A stretch of 64,000 nt of DNA from a virus. Positions within the stretch are counted from its first letter, which is position 1. Every line of letters starts with the position of its first letter. The stretch is taken from the IMG/VR virus record IMGVR_UViG_3300048104_000741, positions 8,650-72,649 of that record; one strand, 5' to 3'. Of this stretch, positions 19,646 through 31,344 are shown in pieces. Position numbers and translations under genes: made by a program. Below the pieces are notes generated by a model, which saw nothing but the letters and a program-made list of their open reading frames with translations, ran no database searches and was not told where the DNA came from.

Positions 19646-20419
19646 TTGAAAATACACTTTAAGCATTATTCGGGTTCCATATCTCAGTATGATTATTTGT
19701 TTTTTGATTGTATGGCTGAATTAAAACCTCAAGAGGAGAATGAAGCTTTAGAAGGGGGCTGGTTGCCCGATGATTATTTAATTATTAAAAATAAAAATGG
19801 AAAAACGAAGAGTTCTCGCTGGTATCAAGCTAGGCAAACTAGAATTGCTTTAAAAAACTATAAAGACACAAAAAGTGCCAAAAAAACTAGAAAAAAATGC
19901 AGCGATATAAATGTAAAATCTATTAAAGCTAATGAGGTTGATATGCCTGAATTAGAGTTGATTTTTTCAAAATATACTCAATATAAAAATTTTAAACAAT
20001 GGGAGCTAAAACCTCTAATTTCTTCTGAGGTCGAGAGGAAATATTTTTTAATTTATTATTTAAATAATAAAGCAATAGCTTTTACCTTTATGAGGGATGT
20101 TGGCTCAAACAGCGTTTTCTCCACTCAATTTGCTTGGGACTATCAAAACCCGAAATTATATCTTGGCAAATATGCAACTTTAGCTGAGATTGATCATTCT
20201 ATCAATAGCGGAAGAGACTATATGTACCTTGGCTTAGGGTATGAAAAGTGCTGTATTTACAAATCAGATTATAATGGTTTTGAATTTTGGACTGGAGAGG
20301 AATGGTCTAACGATGTAGAGCATTATAAATTTTTATGCGAAAGAGATTCAAAAATAATTAAAACTAGCGATCTCGATAAGGTAAAAAGGCATGATGATAA
20401 ATATTTTTATAATAAATAA
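19646..20419 (+). CDS. Ate/Bpt-like aminoacyl-tRNA-protein transferase (GNAT fold)
   Basis: AL..GW, LYLGKYATLAEI, YMYLGLGY..C..YK, FEFWTG..W. Confidence 0.65.
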   Translation: MKIHFKHYSGSISQYDYLFFDCMAELKPQEENEALEGGWLPDDYLIIKNKNGKTKSSRWYQARQTRIALKNYKDTKSAKKTRKKCSDINVKSIKANEVDMPELELIFSKYTQYKNFKQWELKPLISSEVERKYFLIYYLNNKAIAFTFMRDVGSNSVFSTQFAWDYQNPKLYLGKYATLAEIDHSINSGRDYMYLGLGYEKCCIYKSDYNGFEFWTGEEWSNDVEHYKFLCERDSKIIKTSDLDKVKRHDDKYFYNK

Positions 20420-20878
20420 ATGATTAAAGATTATATAGATTACATTTCCATCAAGAGGAAGGAGCTTGGGGGTCATGCTATCTGCCCATTTGCTAAAAGT
20501 TTTTTAAATAAAACTCAAATAATAGAATCTAAAAACTTTATGAAAGATGCTTTTCGATGTATTCAGAATGAAAAACATCCAATGCTTTACTTAATATATG
20601 GCGATGCAAAAAAATTCGACAAAAAATGGCTAGAAGAATTCTGCGATGATCACCAACAATTTGCTAAGATAAAAGACCTTTGGCTCATTTGGGATCATCC
20701 CGATCAAATAAACGAGATAAATGGGGTAAAAACAAACAATGATAAATATGCGGTATTATTAATACAAGGGTTAACTGAGCTTAATAAATATTCAAAAAAG
20801 CTACATAAAACAAATTATTATGGATTTTGGGATAAAATATATTATAATAAAATAGTAAAAGATAGAAAAATATCATGA
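20420..20878 (+). CDS. Hypothetical protein (CPFA motif, DUF1415-like)
   Basis: ICPFAK, DHP, Y..W. Confidence 0.55.
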   Translation: MIKDYIDYISIKRKELGGHAICPFAKSFLNKTQIIESKNFMKDAFRCIQNEKHPMLYLIYGDAKKFDKKWLEEFCDDHQQFAKIKDLWLIWDHPDQINEINGVKTNNDKYAVLLIQGLTELNKYSKKLHKTNYYGFWDKIYYNKIVKDRKIS

Positions 20879-21237
20879 ATAATCAAGCAAAATTTGTAGA
20901 AAAAAGATGGGGACATGAAATATGGTTCGCAAATAACGAGGCTGAAAATTACTGCGGTAAAGAGCTATTGATCAAAGAAGGTAGTCACACATCAATGCAC
21001 TTTCATTTAGAAAAGCATGAAGTGTTTTATATATTAGAAGGTCAGCTTGCTCTTGAATTAATTTGCACAAAAATTGGTCAGTCAAGTCAAATCATCTTGA
21101 ATAAAGGTGACAAGTATGAGATAGAACAGGGTCAGCCACATCAATTAATTGCTCACAATGGTTCAGTAAAATTGATTGAAGCAAGCACATTCCATAAAAA
21201 CTCAGACTCTTACAGAATATATGATGAGCTAAGATGA
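20875..21237 (+). CDS. Cupin (mannose-6-phosphate isomerase-like)
   Basis: KRWGHE, SMHFH..KHE, PH, EAST.H..SDSYR. Confidence 0.8.
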   Translation: MNNQAKFVEKRWGHEIWFANNEAENYCGKELLIKEGSHTSMHFHLEKHEVFYILEGQLALELICTKIGQSSQIILNKGDKYEIEQGQPHQLIAHNGSVKLIEASTFHKNSDSYRIYDELR

Positions 21238-21245
21238 GGTTATAG

Positions 21246-21437
21246 TTAATTGGGTCGAGTTTCTAAATAATCAATAATTTTGCTTCTAACTATATTGTTT
21301 TTCACGGAATTTTTTATAAATTTGCTCAAACTTATATTATCTTTTTTAGCGTGGCTCTGCCATCTTTCAAATTCTTCTTCACTAACCTCCAATAAAATCT
21401 TTTTGACGAGATTTTCTGATGACTTGTTTGTTTGCAT
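21246..21437 (-). CDS. Ribbon-helix-helix-like protein
   Basis: LEVSEEE..W..AKK..SLSKFI; GTGTA-N9-ATG upstream. Confidence 0.55.
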   Translation of the reverse strand: MQTNKSSENLVKKILLEVSEEEFERWQSHAKKDNISLSKFIKNSVKNNIVRSKIIDYLETRPN

Positions 21438-22314
21438 AAAGAATGATACACGAAAAAGTTTGACAACTCCTTACTTTTGTGATTGAATATTTCTTATATG
21501 AAAACAGAATACATAAAATTAACAGAGTTGTGGTTTGAACGCGAATATGCTGAATTAGGGCATATCATAAAAGAAGAAAGCTGGAGTCATGCTGAAGTAG
21601 CTGAATTCTGCTCTTATTTTGCAAAATACGTTGGTCTAAAAGACTTGAGCGTACTTTACAAGTTCTTATAAGTGGAAGATATTTCCTTAGCTTGGGATAC
21701 TTTTGATTTTTATGCTTCCTTAATCTCAAAGAAAGAGGGAGTTTTTGAAAAAATGACAAACAGATCTCATGAATTTTTAAGCACTTCTAAAATCTCAGAC
21801 AGAAATAAAGCTTATTTAAAAGAAATAATAGAGCTTTCCGACATTCTTTCAAACGACTATAGAAAACAAAACCTAGTTTTAATTGATTTAATAAAAATCT
21901 ACAACTACAAATTAAAAAATGGAATTGCTATACCGATTGAAAATGATGTTTCTGTCGAATATCTTCTTGAATTAAAAGACCTAAACGAAAACTTGTTAAA
22001 GGAGTTAAAAATTCAGAAAAATCTTTTTTTAGATTTTTTAAGTTGACTCTTCAATAAAAACCTAATATAAAATATAACCATGAAAAGAGGAAGACCAAAA
22101 GGATATAATCCTTATACAGAAATAAGTTACGAAGAATTATCGGATTGGGTAGGCAGAAAGACAAAAGTACCTGTCTCTAAAAAATGGCTTCAATCCCTAA
22201 TGGGGGAAGACAACTCTTCTCAGAAAGAAGATATTTCCCTTGACAATGATAGTGAAGCAACTTATAGTAAGGATATTGACTCAAAAATAGAATACACATT
22301 AACAAACTTCAATA

Positions 22315-23241
22315 ATGAATAATTACTTCAAAGACTTAATAGGGCAAACGGCAGTAAAGAAAAAGTTGTCTTTTTACTTAGATGCCTTTCATAAAACCTC
22401 TCAAGCTCCTTTCTTGTTGATGGCAGGAGCAAAGGGCTTGGGTAAAACAGAGTTTGCAAAAGCTTTTGGCAAAAACCTATATAACCAAGATGGAGAAAAA
22501 AGAACTTTCTTAGAGTTAAATTGTTCTACAATAAAAAATAACGAACAATTTTTTGAGCAAATTTTCTTGCCCTTAATAGCAGACAACGAAATCACTATTT
22601 TATTTGACGAATGCCATGCGTTGCCCACTGACCTAACAATGGCTTTTCTGACTATTTTTAATACGGAAGCTAATTCTCGAAAAAATTTCGTATGGAATGA
22701 TATGTCTTTTGAGTTTAATTTTAAAAATCAGACCTTTATTTTCGCTACAACAGAAACAGATAAGATTTTCCCGCCATTGAAGGACAGGTTGACTACGATT
22801 GATTTTGAGCCTTACGAATCTTCGGAGTTGTCTGAAATAGTAAAATTGTGCGTACCGCATTTAAAGTTCGTTGATGGAGTTGATGATCTAATTGCGCCTA
22901 CAATAAGGGGTAATGCTAGAAGCGCAGTAAAAAGAGCTAAAGAAATAGACTTGTATTGTGGGGCGAAAGGTAGAAGTTTTTTCACTAAGAAAGATTTTGA
23001 AGTCTTATGTGATCAAGTCGGCATATTACCTTTTGGAATAACTTTTACAGAGAAACAAATTCTTCAAACTTTAAACTCTTGTGGTTCGGCAACTCTAACA
23101 GGTTTAGCCGCGAAAATAGGAATGAGTAAAACATCCTTGCAAAAAGACCATGAATTATATCTTTTGGGGAAAAACTTAATTGAAATAGATGGAAAAAGAA
23201 AAATCACTTCAAGAGGCTTAACTCTTTGTAAAGCTTTATGA
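22315..23241 (+). CDS. ruvB: RuvB-like Holliday junction branch-migration ATPase
   Basis: GQ, GAKGLGKT, FDECH, ATTE..PLKDRL, RG.AR, RKIT.RG. Confidence 0.8.
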   Translation: MNNYFKDLIGQTAVKKKLSFYLDAFHKTSQAPFLLMAGAKGLGKTEFAKAFGKNLYNQDGEKRTFLELNCSTIKNNEQFFEQIFLPLIADNEITILFDECHALPTDLTMAFLTIFNTEANSRKNFVWNDMSFEFNFKNQTFIFATTETDKIFPPLKDRLTTIDFEPYESSELSEIVKLCVPHLKFVDGVDDLIAPTIRGNARSAVKRAKEIDLYCGAKGRSFFTKKDFEVLCDQVGILPFGITFTEKQILQTLNSCGSATLTGLAAKIGMSKTSLQKDHELYLLGKNLIEIDGKRKITSRGLTLCKAL

Positions 23242-24523
23242 AAATAAACTCTAAGGAAAAACGTATTTTATTAAAATGCGCGGAAGAATTAAATGAGCTT
23301 TCGCTTGAATTGCTTCAATGCGTCAATAAGCCCAACAAGGATAATTGGAATAAAATCCTCGAAGAAATTATTGATGTGGAAAAATATATTGTATTATTAA
23401 AAAAAATTAAAAATGATTGAATTTGAAGATTTATATTTTGGGTTATTTCTTTTCATCGGTGTTCTTTTTCTTTATGATTTAATCAATGGACGAGGAAAAG
23501 ATAAATAATTACAATTGGGGCTTGATATTGTTGGGTGTTATTGTTATAATAATATTATTATGGAAATAGATGAATCAAAAGAAAATAAGTATATCCTAGT
23601 GGACTTTGATCGCTCTCATGGGCATGAGCGTCTTAGCCCTAAACCAATAACAATGACAATCAATGAGGCGTATAAATTAAATCGTGCGCTCACAATGAAC
23701 CGCCAAAACAAAAGGTATGTAAAATCAGAAATATGATGCACGAAGATATAGTTGAAAGTATTGCCTACGAAAAAGGTTTAAATAAATGCAAAACCAATTA
23801 CTCAAAAGAAGAGATAATTACTGCGCATACAAATGAAATAGTAATGAATTGGGTGAAAGACAATCACCCCGAAATTATTAAAAAAACAAGAAAGTTCGTA
23901 GAGGGAAATATAAGTGAGGAAGATGCAGAATAGTTTATGCTCAATTTTTGTTGTTTTATTTTGTGGTTGTCAATCTCAAAGCATTCAAAAGGAAGAGTTC
24001 ATACCTCCTCCGCCACCTAATATAAAGCCTCCGACTCCACCTCCTAGCTTTACTCCATCTATAAAAAGATTAGCTGAAATACAAATAAACCCCATACCGC
24101 ATCCATTTAGCGTTAATGGCGAAGTTCCTTTTGTCATTTGGGTAGATGGAAAACGCTCAGAATTAAGCAATTCCGAAATAATTCAATTAACAAAATCTCT
24201 GAATATAAAATACCAAGTGCCAAATAATACCGCTGAAATACATCGAGGAGAAGGTTGGCAATATCCGTTAACAATAAATGAGTAAAAAAAATGATCCATT
24301 CTATGATGAAGATTTAAATGTCACTTGCCCTATTACGAATAAAGATGTGCTTGATGATTGTCACATCGTAGTAGAGTTCGGTTATGGTAGCGACAAAGAT
24401 ATGACTACTTACAAATTCTCACCTGTTCACGATGAAGTAGGTAAGAAAGTTATAGCTTACATGCAATCCCTCATGCCCAAGGGTAATTCAGTAGAAGAGT
24501 TCGGGGTGAATGTAATAGACGAG

Positions 24524-24973
24524 TTATTTTAAAGGGATAATCACATCCTTTAGCTTGTTTAAATATTTTAATTTTTTATTACTAATAAGACCTCCTATAC
24601 AATCATTAAAATCGCCATATTTTTTAAAAAAATGTTTATTAAATGTTGTAATTAATTCTCTTTGGTAAGATTTGACTATTATGTCTCCAAATATTGTATT
24701 AATAAAAAATTCAACATGATCTTTTCTATTATTACTGCAATGACTTGGGTTTAGATTCTTCTCGACATTTTTTATCTTGCAATGTTTCTTTGTTTTATTT
24801 TTGAATTCTATGTTATGTTTGTCTAAGTCAATTAGCCATTCTTCTTTTTTGCATTTTATCCATATTTTTTCTATATAACCATTTGGCATAGATACGGAGC
24901 TTAAAGTATTAACTTTGGCGTTTATAATAAAGTCTTCACCTTGAAACATTGCTACAAAATATGGTAATTTCAT
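24524..24973 (-). CDS. Hypothetical protein (possible C-terminal part of a VWD-like domain)
   Basis: Start at ATG 24973: MKLPYFVAMFQGEDFIINA...CIGGLI. Confidence 0.55.
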   Translation of the reverse strand: MKLPYFVAMFQGEDFIINAKVNTLSSVSMPNGYIEKIWIKCKKEEWLIDLDKHNIEFKNKTKKHCKIKNVEKNLNPSHCSNNRKDHVEFFINTIFGDIIVKSYQRELITTFNKHFFKKYGDFNDCIGGLISNKKLKYLNKLKDVIIPLK

Positions 24974-24976
24974 TTT

Positions 24977-25006
24977 TTTTGTGTATTCAATAATGAATAC
25001 ACAAAA
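24977..25006. promoter_or_regulatory. Palindrome with back-to-back GTGTA motifs between divergent genes
   Basis: ttttgtgtattca-ataa-tgaatacacaaaa, 13-bp perfect arms. Confidence 0.7.
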
Positions 25007-25010
25007 CATT

Positions 25011-25760
25011 ATGGCTATTTATTATTATAAATTTCAAAAAACTGAAGCCACATGGACATTTACGAATTCTAGTCAAGTTTCTGAGGATGGATGGGATATT
25101 TCTGAATTTGATGGTGACCCAAGGGGTACTGCTAGGGTTGCTGATTGGAGTGATTTATCAAGTTTTGACGAAAACGATTATGATGCCTTAAAGGAAGTTT
25201 TTGGAATAACTGAAAATACGGGACTTGGTTGGACAAGTTTCGATGGAGATACTCAAAGAACTTCGGGAAATAAATACTACAAAGCTAGTTTTAACAATAA
25301 TAGAGCTTATTACTCTGTGATTTCAGTAGGTACTGACTACTCAGGAGGCTATCAGCAAACTAACTCTATATCATCAAATCCAATTAAAAATTTAAAAATT
25401 GGCTCGTGGAGATTTGCTAATTACCCTGCTTTGGTTTATTTTCCAAATTACAAAGCAAATGGTGGACATAGCACTCTAATTATAAATGGTAGCATTAGCG
25501 TTAATTGGAGCGATGCAAATAATAGATTTCAATCTTCAGACGGAAATACTACTCTTAGTCATAATGGAACAACTTGGGTAGGAGATGCCGAAGGCACTTC
25601 TTCTACATCTACTTTAAATGGTTCTAATGTTAAATATTATGTTGACCCTGTAAGTTCAGACATAGATTGGACAAACAGCCTATCAGTTTCCCTACCTTCT
25701 TCTAGCGCTCAAGGAGATCCCCACATCAATCCACTTTTTGGCGATAAATACACAATTTAA
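25011..25760 (+). CDS. S/T/N/G-rich protein ending in a GDPH motif (possible virion-surface protein)
   Basis: C-terminus SSAQGDPHINPLFGDKYTI. Confidence 0.65.
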   Translation: MAIYYYKFQKTEATWTFTNSSQVSEDGWDISEFDGDPRGTARVADWSDLSSFDENDYDALKEVFGITENTGLGWTSFDGDTQRTSGNKYYKASFNNNRAYYSVISVGTDYSGGYQQTNSISSNPIKNLKIGSWRFANYPALVYFPNYKANGGHSTLIINGSISVNWSDANNRFQSSDGNTTLSHNGTTWVGDAEGTSSTSTLNGSNVKYYVDPVSSDIDWTNSLSVSLPSSSAQGDPHINPLFGDKYTI

Positions 25761-25872
25761 TTTTTATCGTGTGTGGAAAAGTTTTTAGATTTTTATTTGA
25801 TCTTATTATAATGTTTTTCGCTTTTTGGTATTACTTACTAATAGAGCCAGTAGTAAAATATTTTCGAGGTTA

Positions 25873-25956
25873 TTAACTAGAAGGGAAAAATATAAATATT
25901 AAAGCTATAAACATAGCTGAATATAAAAAAATATTCCATACGCTTTCGATTTCCAT
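25873..25956 (-). CDS. 27-aa hydrophobic peptide
   Basis: MEIESVWNIFLYSAMFIALIFIFFPSS, preceded by GTGTA-N10. Confidence 0.4.
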   Translation of the reverse strand: MEIESVWNIFLYSAMFIALIFIFFPSS

Positions 25957-26014
25957 AAGAAAAGAATACACAAAAAGGCTTGACATTGTTTATTTTTTGT
26001 AGTAATGTGTTGGT

Positions 26015-27016
26015 ATGACACAAATATTAGGATTAACTTGTATAAGCGAACAACTTAAAGATAAAGATAAAAAAAAATACTCATTTCGCACGATGACTCG
26101 CAAAAGATTCAACGATTTGTGTAATCTAAAAAATAGAGATGAAGCAGTCAAACAATTATCTGAAAGAATTTTGCACAATGTTATTGTTACTCAATATATT
26201 ATCAATCATTGTAATTCCTCAGATATTAGGCATTATCGTCTTAGTTCTGCTCTTTTTCCTCTCCTTACCGATAAAACTTTGGCTTTATCTTTTGAAGATT
26301 TGCCGAACCATGCTCAAATCGACCAAGAGTTAAGATTCGCAGGTTTAATTGCGCAAACTTTTAAAATATCAATCGGTTCTCACCCCGACCAATTCAATGT
26401 TCTTGCTTCAAATAATCGAGATGCAGTTGATCGCACAATAAATGAATTAAATTTCCAAGCTAGTATTCTTGACAAGTTGGGTCTACCTCAAGACCATACT
26501 GCACCAATGAATATTCATATCAACTACACCCCACAAGCAGATGAAACATTAGAGCTTGTCGCAACTAGATTTTTTCGCAATCTCTCCATGTGCGATAAAG
26601 GAGTTTATAAGCGTTTGACTATCGAGAACGAAGATAAAGGCTTCTTCAATGTAGATAATTGCATTAAATTTAGTGACTATTTATTTGAAACATTTAAAGC
26701 GAATATACCTGTCTGCTTTGATAATTTACATCATATGTGCAATCCATCAGAAGAATCTTCCATTAAGTGGCAAGCCGAGCGTTGCGCCTACACATGGGTT
26801 AACCAAGGAGAAGGTGAACATGATTTTATCGCTCCTGTTTTTCATTGGTCAGAGGGCAAACCCGAAAAGCCTCGTTCTCATGCAGATTATTTTGCTCTTG
26901 GCAATATTCCACCTATAATTGCCATCGACCCAAATAAAGAAGCTAAATGGGAGTGCGAAGTGAAACAAAAAGATAAAGCAATAAAAATTTTACGCAATAA
27001 TTTAATTACTGCATGA
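26015..27016 (+). CDS. uvsE: UV damage endonuclease
   Basis: YRLSS.LFP, HPDQFNVLAS, NIH, RLTIENEDK, FDNLHH, HWSE, HAD, EVK.KD. Confidence 0.92.
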   Translation: MTQILGLTCISEQLKDKDKKKYSFRTMTRKRFNDLCNLKNRDEAVKQLSERILHNVIVTQYIINHCNSSDIRHYRLSSALFPLLTDKTLALSFEDLPNHAQIDQELRFAGLIAQTFKISIGSHPDQFNVLASNNRDAVDRTINELNFQASILDKLGLPQDHTAPMNIHINYTPQADETLELVATRFFRNLSMCDKGVYKRLTIENEDKGFFNVDNCIKFSDYLFETFKANIPVCFDNLHHMCNPSEESSIKWQAERCAYTWVNQGEGEHDFIAPVFHWSEGKPEKPRSHADYFALGNIPPIIAIDPNKEAKWECEVKQKDKAIKILRNNLITA

Positions 27017-27600
27017 AAAAAACAAACAGAGAGTTATCTATTGGAGATTATGTAAAAGAAAAATCTTTAAAATTAAAAAGAAGGGTTGGAGAGATATTAA
27101 CCATCTTGTCAGATAATAAGTCTGACCCCACTTTTGAATGTATGCAAGTTGACCCCAAGACTTTAAATCCGATTGAAAAAATGGTTGGCAAGTTTAAAAG
27201 TTTTAAAATAAAAAGAAGTCAATGCAAGCCATATACTCCTAGAAATCAATTATTCCAAAAGAAAGGTTTTTCTTTGGGCGCATTTATTAAATATAAATCA
27301 AATGGTAAAATTAAATATGGAAGAGTCACTTGTTTCTTAAACCAAGAAGAAGGTTTGTATCCTCACTCTTATGATTTAGGAAAACATAATGGAAAAGATT
27401 TGCTAGAATGTGTTGAAATAAATCCAAATAATTTAAGTAGGATTTTAGATTCAGATGATAATCCAAAAATTTTTGTAGCCAACCCGAATAAATGTAAATC
27501 AGTTAATGCTTTAGTTAAAAATGACAAAGGCAAAGAAATCATCCCAATAAGGCTTGACATTTAATTAATAATTTATTAATGTATTAAAAGATTCACTTTC

Positions 27601-28428
27601 ATGGAGCAGTTAATTATGAAGCATCCCATATCTTGTGATTGCAAAAAATGTCTTGATTGTGGAGAATTAAAACATTTAGATAAGTTTACTAAAGATTCTT
27701 CAAAAAAAGATGGTAAAAATATTTATTGCATCCCTTGCAGAAAAAAAAGAAGTGCAAAATGGAAAGAAAAAACTGATTACAAAGAAAAACGAAAAGTCTC
27801 TTCGGAAGATAAATTAAAAAATCTTCAAAAAAAAGATCGTAAAAAATTCTCACGAATTATAGGTGCAAACATTGCACACTTTGATTTTTTAAAAAAATAT
27901 TTTGATCTGTATTTTTTTATTTTAGTTTGTGTCTTAAAAAATCATAACGACATGATTTTAAAAAGGCGGGAGACTCAAAGAAGATACGACAAAGAGAAAA
28001 GATGCAAGCAAAATCCCCAATTATCTTCATACCATGATCATTTAAGAAGAGCTAGAAAAAAATCTGCTATCTTGCCATCTACTAATAATTTAATTATCCA
28101 ACAAATGGTAAGTAATAGGGTTGCTCTTGATAGCTATGCAAAAGCAGGATGTTATCTAGCTAATAAGCTCGATCTAGCAAACAAATTACCATCTTTTCAA
28201 AAAACTAAATGGTCTCTCGACCATTTAGTACCAATCTCGAAAGGTGGATCACATCATCAAGATAATTTACGAGTCTGGAAACTTTCTGAAAACATTGCGA
28301 AACTCAATCATAGTTATTATAAATATGTTCATGTAAAAACTCGTTGGGCAACAAACAAGGAATCTTTCGATAATCCTTTGTCTCCTTATTTTAAAAATAT
28401 ATTTGACAAATCAGAATACTTGGTTTAG
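27601..28428 (+). mobile_element. HNH homing endonuclease
   Basis: N-terminal C..C..K..F..KDG..C..C; LDHLVPISKGGSHHQDNL..EN..K. Confidence 0.8.
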
Positions 28429-28437
28429 GGTATCAAC

Positions 28438-28932
28438 ATGATCGCTACTAAAAATATAGAATTAATAGATGGCAATTTGCTTGATTTTCCTAATGATATA
28501 GATTTTATTGCTCACTCCTGCAACACGCAAAATGTTATGGGGGCAGGAATTGCTAGGCAAATAAAAGATCGTTATCCTATGGCTTACGAGGCTGATTGTA
28601 ACGCAATGTATGAAGATGAAGTAGGTCTAGGTAGTTATAGTTTTGCTTGGACTGACGCAACTCAGACTAAAGGTATATATAATATGTACACTCAAGATAG
28701 AATTGGAGGGGCAAGAGCGGTTGACTACGAGGGCTTCTATTTAACTCTACAAAATGTCGCAAATCATATCGAATGGCAAATGAAGCACGAAGACGAAGAA
28801 AAGACCTTGGGATTGCCTTGGGGTATCTCTTGTGGACTCGCAGGGGGTAATTGGAGTGTTATTTTTTCTATGATAAATGATATTTTAGTTGACAAAAGTT
28901 TTAAAACCTATATAGTTAGATACCATGAATAG
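28438..28932 (+). CDS. Macro domain protein
   Basis: GNLL, IAHSCN..MGAGIA, N.YTQ, GISCGLAGG.W. Confidence 0.88.
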   Translation: MIATKNIELIDGNLLDFPNDIDFIAHSCNTQNVMGAGIARQIKDRYPMAYEADCNAMYEDEVGLGSYSFAWTDATQTKGIYNMYTQDRIGGARAVDYEGFYLTLQNVANHIEWQMKHEDEEKTLGLPWGISCGLAGGNWSVIFSMINDILVDKSFKTYIVRYHE

Positions 28933-31053
28933 ATTTGAATTAGAAGACGCAATGAGCGACTTGCACCAAATAGGTGAAGACATAGAAACAATCATATATG
29001 CTATTGGAGACTCTCCAATTAAACATACTGAAGATCAACTATTAAATATGTTGATTGGAATGAAACAATTACATGATACTCGCTATCAAAAAATGTGGGG
29101 TATATTTGAACAATTAATTAAAAATGGAACAATATCAAATAAGGAAAAACAAAATGATTGAATTAGAAAAATCTTGGTTAGCGCCAAAAAAAGCGCAGTT
29201 GGCAATAATTGATCTAGCAATAACTCACATTAAAAAAGTTGAGATTAATCCCGATGTTAAAACCGAAGGAGATAATTTTGACTATTGGAATAGTTATGAA
29301 CTAGAAGATGGCTCTTTTGTAGATTACAATATCCATTGTGGTGACGAATGGACTAGGGTCAAGCAAGATGGTTCGGGCAAGTATGAATATACTCATCCTA
29401 GCACATGGTCTTGGGATGTCGCTTGCTATGCGGTTGATCCACCAAATAAAGAAAATCAGTATCATCAAATAGATACAGATAGAGAACAATATTTATTTAG
29501 TTATAACAAAAAAGGGGATAGAGAGGTAGAATTTGAAAATGCATCTTAATATATTATATATTTTTGTTTTTTTATTTGGATGCTCTACTCCTCAAAAGAA
29601 ACCTTTGTCGCTTCACAATTATCCAATGCTTAATGATGAATGCCCATCTCTGATTGATCGCTCGATTGATAACGAAGAGGGACTGCGCACAAAAGCGAGG
29701 TTGACAAATATGAGGTATGTTGATTACTTGCATACTTTAGCGAATCAGCCGAAGCAAAACGACAAAACTTTGGGGGTTAAATAATTGAGCGATACAATTG
29801 CAGTAATCGTCATAATCATAAATGTGATTTTGATTTGCGGAATGATTTGTTGGTTAGCTTTTTGCTAGATATGGATGCCGAAGATGTATTGGAATTAATT
29901 GCAATATTTCTTTGGGTTGGATTAATTACTTATTTATCGTTTTTTAGGTTGACATTACTTTGGGAGTAGTTTATTGTTTTAGTTATGAGCGGAGAAGGAC
30001 ACACAACGAGTTTCAAAAGAACGACACAGACTACCAAGTCTAACGAACAACTCTTAGAGGAGTTTAAAGGTCTAGTTTATTCTAGCAAAAAGGTTATGTC
30101 TCATATGAAATGGTATGGCAAAGAGCATAGTGTTGAGCTTATAGAGCATGGAGATGAAGAGCAACCAAAGTGGAGGCAAGAAAGCGTTGCAATTAAAGAT
30201 ACTTTTGAATTTTATATTAGCACTTATGAATCTTGGGGTGAAGATTCAAACTATTACGAATGTCATAAAACAGAGGGAAGTTTCGTTTCTCTTGCTATGG
30301 AATTTGCCGAAGGCAATAATCTAATGTATTTCCCCGATGGTTTTCCTGCTGAATGGATTGAGCAAGAAATAATTGATGGAGAAAAAAATTGGAATCATTT
30401 TATAGTTAAACCCGATGATAAAAACATTGACATGATCTGCGAAGTATGGTATCATTATGGTGTGGAAAAATTACAAAACGATTCAAGCGAACTTTGGGGT
30501 AAAGCTAAACAAAAAATCAAACAATTAATGGAACATGAATATGCAAGATAATATAGTAGCAAGCGAAGATATGGCAATTCAACTTGATAATAATGATAGT
30601 GGTGAAGATTTTGTCTTGACAGGTAGAACTGCATGGATTACAATAGATGGATATTCACTACATATCAACAATCACGATAATCATATTTCAGTCAACCTCT
30701 ATAAGAAAGAGCATGAAGCTGAAGACGAACTAGAAGGGTTCAACCACTACAAATGAGCGCAAAAAATAGCCACTTAACAATTAGATCAGACTTACTAGAA
30801 GAAGATGCAGATATCTCTGTGCCTGTTCGCTTCCTTGATTATCAAGAAGATGATTATGTAGGGGATAGTGCTACCTTAAATATAGATTGCGAATATTCTA
30901 CTGATGGTGAGCAACTAGATGACATGGCGGGTTATAATATAATCGTTAGAATTACTGACTCATCAAAAAAAGATAAATACAACAATCCTTGGAAAGATAG
31001 ATTGGCATTCGCAATATCAGCGGATTTTGATTGGAACTAAATAATAAAAAAAT

Positions 31054-31344
31054 ATGGAAGAATTAATTAGCAAGGTAAAGCAATGGCATCAAGATAGAAA
31101 TCTAATTGATGGCTCTGATGATAAATCTCAAGCGTTAAAACTTCTTCAAGAGTTGGGGGAATTGTCTGACTCAATATGCAAGGAAAAGCCTATTTTGGAC
31201 GATATAGGGGATATGCTAGTCGTTATGATCAATCTTTGTGAAAGAAATGGTGTTACGCTAGAAGAATGTCTTAATGTTGCTTATAACGATATAAAAGACA
31301 GAAAAGGGAAAATGTTAGATGGGGTATTCATAAAAGAATTATAA
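31054..31344 (+). CDS. MazG-like nucleotide pyrophosphohydrolase
   Basis: KL.QELGEL, DDIGD, AYNDIKDRKG. Confidence 0.85.
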   Translation: MEELISKVKQWHQDRNLIDGSDDKSQALKLLQELGELSDSICKEKPILDDIGDMLVVMINLCERNGVTLEECLNVAYNDIKDRKGKMLDGVFIKEL

